Below are positions 11,305 through 25,500 of a stretch of DNA of 64,000 nucleotides, in pieces. Both the position numbers and the translations under genes were made by a program. The notes beneath the pieces were generated by a model. The model did not search any database. It saw only the letters and a program-made list of their open reading frames with translations, and was not told the DNA's origin. Every line of letters starts with the position of its first letter. Within the stretch, counting starts at the first letter, position 1. The stretch comes from Mobula birostris (Eukaryota), in assembly GCF_030028105.1 (NCBI RefSeq), contig NC_092402.1, positions 51,170,352-51,234,351 on the forward strand, given 5' to 3'.

Positions 11305-12405
11305 ACCTGGGCCTCTAAACCTCCTTCTGCAATTGGATCCTCAGCTTCCTAACTGGAAGACCACAGTCTGTGCAGATTGGTGATAACATATCCTTCTCGC
11401 TGACGATCAACACTGGTGCACCTCAGGGGTGTGTGCTTAGCCCACTGCTCTACTCTGTATATACACATGACTGTGTGGCTAGGCATAGCTCAAATATCAT
11501 CTATAAATTTGCTGACGATACAACCATTGTTGGTAGAATCTCAGGTGGTGACGAGAGGGCGAACAGGAGTGAGATATGCCAGCTAGTGGAGTGGTGTCAC
11601 AGCAACAACCTGGCACTCAGCGTCAGTAAGACAAAGGAGCTGATTGTGGACTTCAGGAAGGGCGAGACAAAGGAACACATACCAATCCTCATAGAGGGAT
11701 CAGAAGTGGAGAGAGTGAGCAGCTTCAAGTTCCTGGGTGTCAAGATCTCTGAGGATCTAACCTGGTCCCAACATATCAATGTAGTTATAAAGAAGGCAAG
11801 ACAGCAGCTACACTTTATTAGAGTTTGAAAAGATTTGGCATGTCAACAAATACACTCAAAACCTCCTATAGTTGTGCCGTGGAGAGCATTCTGACAGGCT
11901 GCATCACTGTCTGGTAATGGGGGGTGGAGGGGCTTCTGCACAGGACCGAAAGAAGCTGCAGTGGGTTGTAAATCTAGTCAGCTCCATCTTGGGTACTAGC
12001 CTACAAAGTACCCAGGACATCTTCAGGGAGCGTTGTCTCAGAAAAGCAGCGTCCATTATTAAGGACCTCCAGCACCCAGGACATGCCCTTTTCTCACTGT
12101 TACCATCAGGTAGGAGATACAGAAGCCTGAAGGCACACACTCAGTGATTCAGGAACAGCTTCTTCCCCTCTGCCATCCGATTCCTAAATGGACTTTGAAC
12201 CCATGAACACTTTTTTAATATACAATATTTCTGTTTTTGCATGTTTTAAAAAATGTATTCAATATACGTAATTGATTTACTTGTTTATTTATTATTATTA
12301 TTTATTTTTTCTCTGCTATATTATGTATTGCATTGAACTGCTGCTGCTAAGTTTAACAAATTTCACGTCACATGCCGTTGATAATAAACCTGATTCTAAT
12401 TCTGA
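11305..12405 (+). mobile_element. Young Rex1/Babar-type LINE, 3' portion
   Basis: [42 protein letters not shown]; attct-type 3' tail. A near-identical 3' end lies in reverse at about 47347-47702. Confidence 0.9.
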
Positions 12406-12979
12406 TAGTGTCCCTTTAAATTAGAGCCCGCTGAATATTTCCAGCAGTTGTCTCAATACTTTACCAAGGTCATTACAGTACTTCAGTGTCTGAGAAGAAC
12501 CATGGCTTATGATGCAAATCCTTTAAAGTTTCATTGCAAACTGAAGATTTTAGACTTATAAAATACATAATTTCGAGTTCAGTTAAACCAGGGTCAAACC
12601 AGTGAAGCAAACGAGTAACAGACTAAGCCCAGGCCACTCTATTGATGTTGTGCTATCCCTCAAGGATATTAATTTAATTCCTAATTATTTCAGGATATTA
12701 GCATGAATTATATAATGCACTTCTTAATACATTGAAATGAGACAATCAAATTATGTCTCATTTTATTGTATTATTTAAGACGTATAAAGTCAGTTTTATG
12801 TAATATATTTGGAAACGTCATGTTCTGTATTAATATATTTAAATATGATTGTAAATCGTCAGATTAACTTCATTTTTTCATTGCTTGTGCAATGCATGTG
12901 TCTTAAAATATGTGTCGTTTGTGCTTTGGGAAAATTTAATATTCATTAGCTTCCTCAATTGAGGGAAATAATATGCTAG

Positions 12980-13500
12980 CTGTCTGATTGACGAGCAGAA
13001 AGCCAATGAGGGGGCGGAAGGCCGACGGACCTGGCCATTAGATAGCGGGATAGAGGAGGCAGGCCATATACGCCCCCTGAGTAGTGGTCCAGCAATTAGC
13101 GTGATGAGTATGGGCAGGTCATTCACGACCATCGCCCGGTAGCAGCGCACGGGACGGTCATGCCATCGTCATCCTGTGGAGTGGCTCCTCCCTTCTGTGC
13201 GCAGGCGTGTTGAGCGGTGACGCGAATGCCTTCTCCTTCCTTCTCGGCACCGTGAAACCTTTCAACCTTGTGGCTGACTACTGAGCATCATGTCTCTGCT
13301 GGCAGCGAACAGAGCGGCGGCCATGCTGCTGCGGAGCGCCAAGGTGAGGCGGTGCGTTCCGGCTTCCCGAACCGGGGAGGTGGGCAGCCGGGGTGAGCGT
13401 GAGGACCGACGGCGTGGCGGGGTGGGCATCAGGCTTCGGTTTGACCACTAGGCCGCGGTCGCCCGGTTGCCATGGAGTTGGGGAGTCCGTCCGCGAGGTG
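12980..13500 (+). promoter_or_regulatory. CS CpG-island promoter
   Basis: CCAAT at 13003-13007, GC box at 13011-13017, NRF1-like TGCGCAGGCG at 13198-13207, and CpG density around exon 1. Confidence 0.75.
13290..13343 (+). CDS. CS: CS exon 1 (transit peptide)
   Basis: [18 protein letters not shown] followed by gtgagg. Confidence 0.88.
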
Positions 13501-16500
13501 TGAGCAACTGAGTGGGTTTTTTGAGTTTGTTGGGGGTGGGGTGGGTGGGAAATAGACGGTGTAGTTAGGTGTAGGTTCCGAGGATGGAGAGATGGAGGTG
13601 TGTGGGGTGGGTGATAAGGGGGGGGGGAGAGAAGGGTGGATGTGAAAGGGGGCTCGGTGGAGCTTGAGAGTGAGGGGATGGAAATGGGAGTGAGGGAAAG
13701 GGATTGAGTATGTGGGCTATAGAAGGCAGGTTGGTGAGGTGTAGAGGGCAAGGTAAAGGATTGGGTAGTGTTAAAGGTTGAGTGGGCATAAAATGAGGGT
13801 AAAGGGAGGTGAGGACGGATGTGAGTGTAAGGCCAGGGGAGATGAGGAGGGAAAAGTTAGATGGAAGGGGTATGGGTGTAAGTTGTGCAGGAAGGGTTGC
13901 AGGACAGGGCACAAGCTAGAGATTGAGGGCATATGATTAGGGTGATGGGTGCCATTCAAGGGTGGGGGTAATGGTGGAGGGGTTACTGGATGGAAGCTGG
14001 TAGCTGAAGTCCAGCCTTATTCTAGGGGCCATCTGCCAATCCTTGTACCCTACAACACTCGAGTAACCAACCCCTTTTAACGCAATCAGACTCCTGGGTC
14101 TTTTGATACTCCCTTCCCATATGGCCACATAATTGATCCCCTCTGAGGCTTTCAAAACCCTCCTGCCTATGAACAGCATCTGGCCTTGACGTGCATGGGG
14201 TTGTTGGTGTTGAGGGAATATCCCAATTTCATGTTATTCCTGAAGTAAAATATTTTGGGGGCCTTATCAAAATGTCTTCAAATTCTAAACGGCATGAGTG
14301 ATTAGTGTAGGTTACAGTCCAAGCTGTATATTTGGCAGGTTAAAAGAACATTTCTGTTGTTTTGCATACAGACAGACCGGAGCTACTTTGTGGTCTAGCA
14401 GCACTAGACTGGGGATGTATGAGTTAATATGCACTTACTGTATAGAGATACTGTAGACAAGGTCATGTACAATAAATGAGTGTTGGGAACAAAGAGACCT
14501 TGAAGTAAATGTCCAAAGGTAACATTACAGCTAGATAATGTGGTTAGAAGGGCACATGCAAAGCTTTTTATCATTGTTTCTGGACTACTGTGACTGCACT
14601 GGAGAGGGCAAGGGAGAGATAAGAGTGTTGCCAACACTGGAGAATGCTAGCTCTGAGGAAATATTTGAGGTTGGCTCTGGAACAGAGTCAGCTAAGGGAT
14701 GTGGAAAGTCTGATTGGGAAGGACTGTTTCCCTTGGAAGGGGGTCAAAGGTCAGGGAGCTGAGGTTTAAACAAAGGTGGAAGGGTGAGTGGAGGAGAATT
14801 GTTCTCCCTCAGGGAGTTTGTTGCCTTGAACTAATAGTGGAGGCAGAAACATTTCCCCACTTTTAAGCAGGACATTCCTGGTCAGCATAATGATGGGCTG
14901 AATGGTTGTCTCTCATGTTATGAGCTTTCCATGCTGGTGTCATTAATGCTGGTTATCTTCTGTGGACCAAGCAACATCAGGTTCAAGGTTAATGTAACAC
15001 CCCTACTGCTTCATTGTCCCTATGTATAATGACAATAATGACAATAAATGCTGGGAGGTTACTCAATTCAATTCAGTAACCTCCCAGCATTGGTCTGTCC
15101 ACCACATTTGGCAAACAATTCATGAAACTGATTTTGGCAAATGTGGCACCAGTAATGGTGTCCATGTCTCTGTAGTCCCCAGGGCAGGGACCTGTCTCAG
15201 GATGGTGGGTCTGAATGCACCAACCCATGGTAGAGTGTTGTTAGCTAATGCTGCATGTATGGTGTTGTCAAGCAAGACCAAAAGGGTAATGATGTTTGTG
15301 GCGTTTTTATAGAACCCACAGCAGTACAGCACAAGGACAGGCCCTTTGGCCCCAATGTTATGACGAACTAATTAAACATTAAACTAAATCCTTCTGCCTA
15401 CACAAGTGCATGTCTCTCCATTCTCTGCGCATTCATGTACTTATCTAAGAGACTTTTAAATGCCTCTATTGTATTTGCCTCCAGCACCACCCCTGGCAGT
15501 GCATTCCAAGCACCCACCACTGTTTTTAAAAAAAAAAATAATAATAATAATAATTTGCTTGCATATCTTTTAACTTGCCTCCTCTCACTTGAAGTGGCAG
15601 TGGAAGCAGGTTTAGTGGTGGCTTTATAATGTAACTGGATAAGTACTGGAGAGATTTGCAGAGGCATTTGAAGACAGGATGAAGCAAATTGGATGGGTTC
15701 TCCAGTGTGGTGAATCGTTGCCTTCTGTATAGTCTGTTATTGTGGAAGTTCATCTCTCTCACTGGTGGGACACCTCTATCTTTTCCTGCTCGGAAAAGAG
15801 AAGGTTGAATTATGTTCTAGTGAATAGGTTCTGATGGACAGCTACAGTTAACAAAGTACTTTGGGGGGGGGGTGATTGTGAGGAGGGGGAGGGCATGCTG
15901 AGATAAACGAGAGAGCAGCTTAAAACTAGTTCCAGACAACAGCACCATGAATTGAAATCTGAAATCAGTTGCCAACTGATTTCAAAGCAATGAAACATTC
16001 CTGCACTGTATTTGAGGGGCTCTCTGTAGCAGCTCCCATGAGTTACTTGACAGCAAGTACAAGAAACTCACCAGCCTTCCTCTCGTACTTTCCAAGTTTC
16101 CTGCTGCTATCTTGGCTATAATTTACTTTACCAGCATCTTGGCATCACTGGTAAGGTAAGCATTTGTTGCCGTCAAAGGTGAAGGTGGGCTGCCTTGCAC
16201 CTTTGCGGTCTTTGAGATGATTGTGCTCCTCACTACACTGTTGCAGAGAGTGTTCCCTGACCTACGGATGAAGCAGCAACAAAGCTTCCCAATCAGCAGA
16301 GCATCAGGCTTAGAGGGAACCTGCAGGTGGTTGTGTCCTTGTGTGACAAGTGTTCTTGTCCTCAGCGGTAGAGGCTGTGGGTTTGTGAAGTGCTGTCGAG
16401 TAGCCTGGATGAATAATAGCTGTGCATTTTGTAGATAACATTCACTGTTGCCAAGGTGTGTCAGTAATGGATAAAATGAATGCTTAGGGTGGTGGATGGG

Positions 16501-19500
16501 GTGCCAGTGAAGCAGGCTGCTTTGTCCTCCATGTTGCTTGGGAGGAGCTTTTGGGTGTTAGCAAGTGAATCATTTGCCACAGGAATCTAGCCAGTCTCTA
16601 ACCTGCACTTGCAAATGCTCCAGTGGTGATCCCCGCCCAACCCTAAGACGTAATAGTGTGGGAACTGGTGGTGCTAATGTCATAGGTAGTCTCTCACATA
16701 AATAAACTGGGTGTTGAAAGTACAAGGTGTGGTTAGTAAGTTTGCACACCACACTAAAATAGGTGACATCAAGGTTATCAAAAACTACAATATCTTGATC
16801 AGTCAGGTAAGTAGGCAAAGAAATGGCAATTGGTGTTTAATCCAGTTAAATACGATATTGCATTTTATGATAGCCTAAACAGGATGGGGCTAAGTGGACA
16901 GTGGGACTCCGTGGCATGTTGTAGAATGGAGGGATTTAGTACAAGTTTGAAGTTCCTTGTAACCAGTGTCATGACTAAGCAAGATGCCAAAGAATACATT
17001 TGTCATGCTGGCCTTTGTCAATCAGGGCATTGAGTACAGGAGTTAAAACATTATGTTCCTGTTCTACAAGACTTTGAGGCTCCACTTGAAGTATTGTGTA
17101 CAGTCACCATATTATAAGAAAGACATCAAGAAACTGGAAAGAGTGCAAAGAAGATTTGAGAACTTTGCTGGAAATCGAGTGCCTAAGTTAATGGGAGACG
17201 CTGGTTAGGCTAGGAGTTGGAGGATGGGAGACAGGAGTGACCTAGCAGAGGTCTATAAAACCATGAGAGGGCATGGGCAGGGTGAATGTGCAGTGTTTTT
17301 CTCAGGGTAGAGGAACTAAAATCTAGAAGGCATACTGAGAGGGGAAAGATTTGAGACCTGAGGGGTAACTTCATGCAGAGGGTGGTGCATATACTGAAGA
17401 TGCCAGTGGAAGTAGTTGAGGTTGGTCTAATAACATTTAAAATACATTTGGACAGGTCCATGATTAGGAAAGGTTTACAGGAATGCAGGCAAATGGAACT
17501 GTCTTGGATGGGAATCTTGGTTAGCATGATGAATTGGGCTGAAGGGCCTTTTCTGTTCTTTATTACTCTGCAATGGAGGTGATTGTGGCCTGCCATTTCT
17601 GTGGCACAAATGGCACTTATCAGCCCATGCTTGAGCTTTATCCAGGTGTTGCTGTCTGCAGGCGTGAACTGTTTCATCTGCTAACTTAAACACTGTGCAG
17701 TCATCAGTGAACGTTCTCACTTCTGACCTTGGGAAAGAAGGTTATTTTGAGGAAATAGCTGGAAACGTTGGGCCTGGCTCACTGCTCTGAACAACTGCAG
17801 AAATATTCTGGGGCTGGGATGTTTCATCTCCCACTGTAATGGCTGCCTTTTTGTGCTAAGTATTTCCTGCAATCCACCGGAATGTGGTGAGCACCTGTTC
17901 TCAACACTCCCTTGTCAAAGCAAAGGAACCTCTCCTGGATTCCATAGTACAGTATTAGGAGGTTCCTTTTGTTTACAATCTTCAATAGTACAGACTCCTC
18001 ACCTCCCCCACTCACTGTGAAAATATAATTACTGAAAAAATACAACACCAGCCCAGTCAGTCTTTCCTAGTGTTGGGATCTTTTTGTGCCTTTCTGATAG
18101 AACATAGATGAGAACTCTGGGAACAAGCAGTTGTATCATGAACTGCAGCTTGAGTTCACCCGTCACATCCATTTTGGGATGATGGTGCTGCCTGTATTGA
18201 GAACACACAAAAATAGCTACCACAGATCACAGCCAAGAAGAGTGGTGCTGGATGGATGCTGTGGGGTCAGTAACTTTGTTCTGTTCCATGACAGGGAGAA
18301 CATGAAACACTAGCATACATCAGCTGATAGTGTAAGTTTAGAGTTGGCAGCTAGTGAGACTGAGCATAAACATGCCAACAGTCCACTTGACCTAGGTGGC
18401 CACCTTGGCTAGTCCCACTTGCTTGTATTTGGCTTTTATCCTACTAAATCTTTCCTGTCCACTTATCCAAATAGAAGACCATAAGATATAGGAGCAGAAG
18501 TAAGCCATTTGGCCCATTGAGTCTGTTCTGCCAATCATGGGCTGATCCAATTCTTCCAGTCATCCCCACTCCCCTGCCTTCTCCCTATGTACCCACCTCA
18601 TCTACTTTCTCTGGCAGCTCTTTCCATATCTCCACCCTGAGCGTGAAGGAGTTGTGCCTCGGGTCCCTAATGAATCTTTTTGCTCTCACCTCAAGCTTAT
18701 GCCCTCTGTCTTTGGTTTCCTTTCCCTGGAATTAGACCATATGTATAACCTATCTATACCCCCAATGTTTTATGCACCCCCTCAATCTCCCTCTGAGGAA
18801 TAAGTCCTAGCCTACTTAACCTCTCAATAATTCAGACCCTCAAGTCTTGGCAACATCCTCAAATCTGCACTCTTTCCAGCTCAATGACATCTTTCCTATA
18901 ACAGGGTGACCAAAACTGAGCACAATACTTCAGATGTGGCCTCACTGACACCTTGAACAATTGCAGCATAAAATGTCTTCTCATTTGTTTTCTTCCTTCT
19001 AACTTGTATCCCTCTTCCACTTCCCACTTTCCATGGGCTCCTTCACAGCTACCGGACATTCTGGATATGAGGGTCTAATGCTGTGGTGCCTGAGGACTAG
19101 ACTGTAAGGGACTAATCCACTCTGCCCCCAGCCCTGGCTGTGAGAATTGTGCTGCTTCTTGTCTGCCATGTACGGCTGAACTGGACAGATTCAGAAAAAC
19201 ACCAGTGACGCTCATCTATCTGATATGCTAACACTAGGGAGTATTTCCAACACCTCTTCTATTGTGGTTTATGGCAAATACTGCAGAATATTGCTCATTT
19301 GATGTTTTCCTCTTCTCCTCCCCCCCCACCCCCCTCCGTGTAACTGATGTGTAGCACACTAATCAGCAATGTAATTAATCTGAGTGCTTGCTTTTTGACT
19401 GTGGAGAATTCCAGAAGGCACTCAGCACCTCTCAGCTGTACATTGTGGGGCGGGCGACCTCTGGACAAGGGGATGCCTGTGAAGTGCTGTGCTCGATGGT

Positions 19501-22500
19501 CCTCTGTCATGTAGCTTGGTATGTCAAGCCAATCAAAGTTCAAATTTCAAAAAATAAATTTATTATTGAAGTACATGTCACTATTGCAGCTCTGAGATTA
19601 ATTTTCTTGCAGGCATACTTAAGCAACTTGTGTGGAAAGAGATGACAAATTGTGCAAATACAAAAAAAGAAATAATACATAAACAATCAATGAGAGTCCT
19701 TGAAAGTGAGTCCATAGATTGTGGGAACATTTCAGAAATGGGGTGAGTGAATTTATCCTCACTGGTTCAAGAGCCTGATGGTTGAGGGCTAACTGTTCCA
19801 GAATCTGGTGATCTGAATCCTGAGGCTCCTGTACCACCCTCCTGATGGCAGCAGTGAGAAGAGAGCATGACTTGGGTGGTGGGGGTCCCTGATGATGGAT
19901 GCTGCTTTCCTGCAACAACGCTCCGTGTAGATATGCTCAATGGTGGGGAGGGGCTTTACCTGTGATGGACTGGGCTGTATCCACTATTTTTTGTGGGATT
20001 TTTCGTTCAAGGGAATTGGTGTTTCCATACCAGTCCATGATGCAACCAGTCAATTATTCTCCACCACACATCTATAGAAGTTTGTCAAAGTCTTAGATGT
20101 CATGCCAAATCTTCACAAACTCCTAATAAGGTAGAGGCACTGGGGTGCCTCCTTCATAATTACACTTGCAACACCGAAGAATTTAAAGTTGCTGACCTTT
20201 ACCTCTGAAGTGGACTGGCCCACGGTCCTCCGCTTTCCTCCTCCTGAACTCAAAAATCAGCTCCATGGTCTTGCTGATACTGAGCAACTGATTGTTGTAA
20301 CACCACTCAGCCAGATTTTCAATCTCTCTCCTATATGCTGATTCATCACCATGTTTTATTCAGCTAACAGTGGTGTCATCAGCAAACTTGAATATGGCAT
20401 TGGAACTGTGCTTAGCCACACAGTCATCAGTGTAAAGCAAGTAGAGCAGGGGGCTATGCACACAGCCTTGTGCATCTGTGCTGATGGAGATGTTGCCTAA
20501 CTCAGTGGTCCCCAACCTCCGGGCCGCGAAGTGTGCAGCGGTAGCTGGAGCGTAGCCAGCACATCTTTGAGAAAAAAACAGAAATAAACAAGCTGATTAG
20601 GTGCCACCCGATCAGATGATCTGGGCTGACATTTACGTGCCGGGCGGCACCTAATTAATTAGCTTATTTATTTCGGCATTCTTCTTAAAGATGTGCTGGC
20701 TGCGCTCCGGCTGCCTGCATGCTTCGCGGCTCGGAGGTTGGGAACCACTGTACTGAACTGAGTGGGATCTACAACTGAGCAAATCTGGGATCCAATTGCA
20801 CAAGGAGGTATTGAGGCCAAGCTCTTGAAGCTTGTGGATTAGTCTCAACACACGAGCAGGCTGACATCTTTCTCCAGAAATCAGGAATGCTTTTCCCTTA
20901 ACCTCTGAGCAGCAGTGCATCTTTTGTCATTTCCTGTTCAACCAGTGTCTTCCTGGGTCACTACAGTTTCTAGCCGCTTACTTAAATCTGGCAACAGATT
21001 CTCCCTATTCCCTTTTCCTCGACTGCCTTGTCAGCTAAACTCTCTGCTTTAAAAATGGGATTAGGATAGGCTTAGTCTAAATGTGTTTGGTTGCTGAGGA
21101 TGAAATGAGTTTGAAGGGCCTGGCTGCATGCTGTATTGTATGAACAACCTTGGCTCCTCCATTCACTGTAGATAAGTGACTTCTGCATCCTCCCCAGGGT
21201 TGAACCTTTTTGTTAAGTTACAGGATGTGAAGTTGCTGATGTCGTTGAGCAGGCAGACCCATTGAGTTGTGGCAGATTTAACCCTCTTTCTCCCCCCCCA
21301 TCAGCTTCTCTTCTCTCTGCCCCCCCCCCACCCCACCCCACCCTGGGAATTGTTCTTTCCCAGTTTAGCTTGGTTGCATACAGTTGATAAGCAAATATAT
21401 GCCTTCAGGCTTTTGTATCTGTTCCCCAATGGGGGGCGGGGGGGAGAGAGAGAAGAGAACGTCTTTGATTATGATTTAATAGCAAGATAATACAATAACC
21501 CAAGGATAGCAACTGCAGGGACATGCATTTTCCCCCAGCTTTTGGTGTCAAAGATGATTAAACATGCCTGCAGGTGTCCCACTTAAATGTCCCTGTTAGT
21601 GTGACATGCAGCACCTGTAGAACTGGTCTTATTTTCAATTTTGCATTGAGAATCGGGCTTTGAGCCCCACAGAAGAGCCACTGTTGGTTGAACATGGAGT
21701 ACAGGTTTAAGATGACTGGATTCACTTGCAGTTAATATTATTTTGAGATGTTTTATTATACTTTAAAATTATATTAGTTATTTTGAAACCTCACTTATTT
21801 AAAACTATAATAGTTAGAAACAGCTTATTGAGAATTGGGCTCTTTCTAACGCCATCTTTTTAATCCCACTGATGTATAGCAGGTGAAATCTTCGAACATT
21901 TAAAGTTTTATTGGGAACTGAACCGAGAAGACAAATGTCAACCTAAAAGTTAATTGAGTACTTCAGTGGATTCAAACTCATCCACTTCTCTCTCTGTAGT
22001 ATTGGAATAAGTGGGCGGAATCAGATTTATTATCAATAATGTGAAATTTTGTTTGCACCAAGAATACATTGTGCAAAAAAAAAAGGAAAATGAGATAGTG
22101 TTCATGGACCATTCAGAAAGCTGATGGCAGAGGGGAAGAAGCAGCAAAGTGGTGAAAGGTTTATGGGACTAGCAAACCAAGAGGCAGCTTCCTGTCTGAG
22201 GAGCTTGTTTGGAGAGCTGAGTAATGTGGAAAACTGGATATCCACATGCACAGGGTTTGATGTTGGTTGTGGCCATGCCTGTGGAGTTTCAGGCATCATC
22301 GGGCAGCACTGATCCTGACTAATGGGGCCACTGTTCATCAACTGGCATAATGTTGTAATGGGAGCTCAGCAGAGAGGCTCTCAAGTTAATTGTAGTATTG
22401 TAGTGGACAAAACAACAAGTAAGTCAATTAATCCATTTGTTCGCGCGCATACCATCCTTCTGCCTAGCCAGGGCAAGCAGTGAGAAGGTAAAACGGAATC

Positions 22501-25500
22501 CGTATCAAAATGTAAATCTTGCATGTTAAATTGTTAATTTGTTCACAAAATCTGGCACGGAAAGCTGGCATCTTCATCTTTTATTTATAGGGACTTGGAG
22601 TCCAGCTACACTACAGGTACCTCAGTGCTGCCTTTAAAAGAAATTTGGGATGGTCCAGTTGTTTGATGTTTCTTTGGTTCAGATCCTGGGGAATTAGGAA
22701 ACTCCTAATCTGGATAGGGATGCAAGCTCTCAGTTCCAGACAGCCTTGCCTCTTGATTATCCTGCATTCCTAATTTCCTTTGAAGGAAGTGGTGCGGTGC
22801 CCATAATAGTGTATCAGTTTGTTAGAATTGGATGCTTGCAAGGCCACATTAGAATCAAATTTATTGTCACTGACTTGTATGATGTGAAATGTTTTTTGTG
22901 GCAGCAGTACAGTGCAATGATACAATTACTGTAAATTACACAAAGTTCAAAAAGAATGAATAACAATGTGTGTATGGACTGTTTGGTAATCTGATAACGG
23001 GAAGAAGCTGTTCCAGAATCATTGAGTGTGGATCTTCAGGCTCCTGTACCACCACCTGGATGGTAGTAAATAGAAGCGGGCATGTCCCAGATGGTGAAGG
23101 ACCTCAGTGATGGATGCTGCCTCCTTGAGATACCAGCTTTTGAAAATTTCCTCGGGGTGGGGGTGTTATGCCTGTGATGGAACTGTATCCTCATGCAATT
23201 GTGGAACAAGTGTCACACACAAGCCAGACCATGAAAGGACTGGCTTTTTTCAGCAACCCTGTAATTAAGCTGTCTTTTTGTTTTAAAAAAGAGTTCTAGA
23301 TTTATAGAGTACCCATGGATCACGGTGAGACTACACCTGGAGTACTGTACACTGTTTTAGGGTCCCTTTTAATAAGGATATATCTGCACCGGAGCCAGTA
23401 CTAGAGATTCAGCAGGCTCGTTCCTGGTTCATTTCTGTCGTCTGCAAGAAGTTTGCATGTTCTCCCTGTGACCGCATAGGTTTCCTCTGGATACTTGGTT
23501 CCTCTCACATTCCGAAGATGTATGGGTTGGAGTTAGCGAGTTATAAGCAAGCTATGCTGGTCCAGAAGTGTGGTGTCACTTGTGAGCTGCCCCAGCACGT
23601 CCTCAGACTATGGTTGTAGATGCGTTTTATTGTACATGTTTTCAGACAAGCAGTTTGAAAAGTTGATCTGTATTATTTGAAGTTGAGAAGAATGAGGGGT
23701 GATCTCATTGAATCATTAGAATTTAAGGGTGCATGACAGTGTAGATAGTGAGATTTCCACTCATTCGAGAGTTGAATGAGGGGATAATAGTTTCAAGATG
23801 AGTCATTTAAACTGTGGTGCCTAAGAACATCTGAGTGTGGGGATGCTCAAGAATTCCCTGCCCCCAAAGATGGTGGTGGGCAAAATACTGGTATTTAAAG
23901 AGGGAAGTGCTTTTTAGAAAGATGAGGGATTGAGAGCTGTGGGAAACTGGGACCAATGAAGAGATTAGTCTTGAGGGGTTGAGTGACCTAATTATGTTAA
24001 TTTGGAAGTTGCTGCAGTGGGATTTGAACTATCATCCCTGGCTTAGAATAGCCTCTGAATTCCTAGTCCTGTGATTTAACTTGGCATCACTCCGTGCACT
24101 TTTGAAATTCTTCGACTGTTGCCAATTTTGGAATCTGTGCCAGAGTTGAGTCCTTTTCCAAATTTGTATGCAGTAGAAGCAGCCCCTAGTTAATGACAGG
24201 GTTTAATTAATCTGGAGTTCTCCTGATGCTGGTTTGTTTGCTAACTTACAATAAGTATAGGTTTTAATTTACCAAATGGTATTCTGGTAGAGCCATCAAT
24301 TTGTGACAATTTAAAAATCAATACAACATGACTTGTCTTTAGCATGTTGAATCTGGGCTGGCCTTGTCTATAAGGGCAAACTAATTAGAACCGGTCCTCA
24401 TCTCTCCCCTGTTATTTATAGCATCGTGGATAAGTATTGCAGTGCCAAGTTATTTTGTTGTAAAGTGAGATGCAACAAAGGCAAAAGCGAATTAAAATGG
24501 TGGTATATTTGGATCTGTGTTCACAGGGTGCAGCATAACTTGTATTAACTTTAAGTTTGTTTCAGAATGTTGCCAGTTTGAATTCATGACCTCACTGCGG
24601 TCCCAGTGCAATGACACTTAGGTGAAGCTTGGGTCTGGACTGCTAACTGGAGGTTACAATGACACCATATGTATACAGTGGCAGCCTCCTTTTAATATGT
24701 GATCCGTTTGACCGCCTGAAGCACTCCAGAGGCTACAGTAGCCAGGGTGAACAAATGGGCTGACTCATTCAAGGACAGTGTGAAACAGCTGCTTTACACT
24801 CAGTCAGCCTGTGTCTGTTGACAAGTTTTGTCGAATTTCACCTTATAAGCATGAACTCGTTTGCAGCAAAATGTCTCCAAGGCATTTCCCTTACAAAAGT
24901 GTGATATTAAGACATGGTTCATTGAGGTGCATTGACAAGGAGAAGCAAGATGAAGACTGCAGAACAGGCATGCAATCAGTAGTGGAACATATAACACAAT
25001 CTGCTGGAAGAACATTGAACAGAATCTGTGGAAGGAAAGGAGCTGTAGGTGTTTTAGGTTGAAGAATGACCTACCTCATTCTGTTTCTTAGCAGCACACA
25101 CAAAATGGAGGCAGTCAACAGGTCAGACAGCATCTGCGGAGGGGAATAAACTGTTGACTGTTTATTTCCTTCCGTAAATGCTGGCTGACCTGTTGAGTTT
25201 CTCCATTTTGTGTGTTGCTCAAGGTTTCCAGCCTCTGCAGAATCCCACAGATGCTGTTTCCAATAGATTGTTTCCAGACTCCATTCTCTATGTTGTCCTG
25301 TGTCTCTATGAAATATGTAAATAGTGTGGGGGAAGTGGGGAGGGGGTGGGGAGGAAGAAGGTGAAGAATGAGTGAAAGGCCAAATTGGAAGTGTGCTGAG
25401 ATCTCAGGACTGAAGGGCAGTGGTGCACTGGCTATTTGGTAACTTGGAGTAATTTTTATGTCTTGCACTGTACTACTGCCAAACAACAAATTTCACAGCC

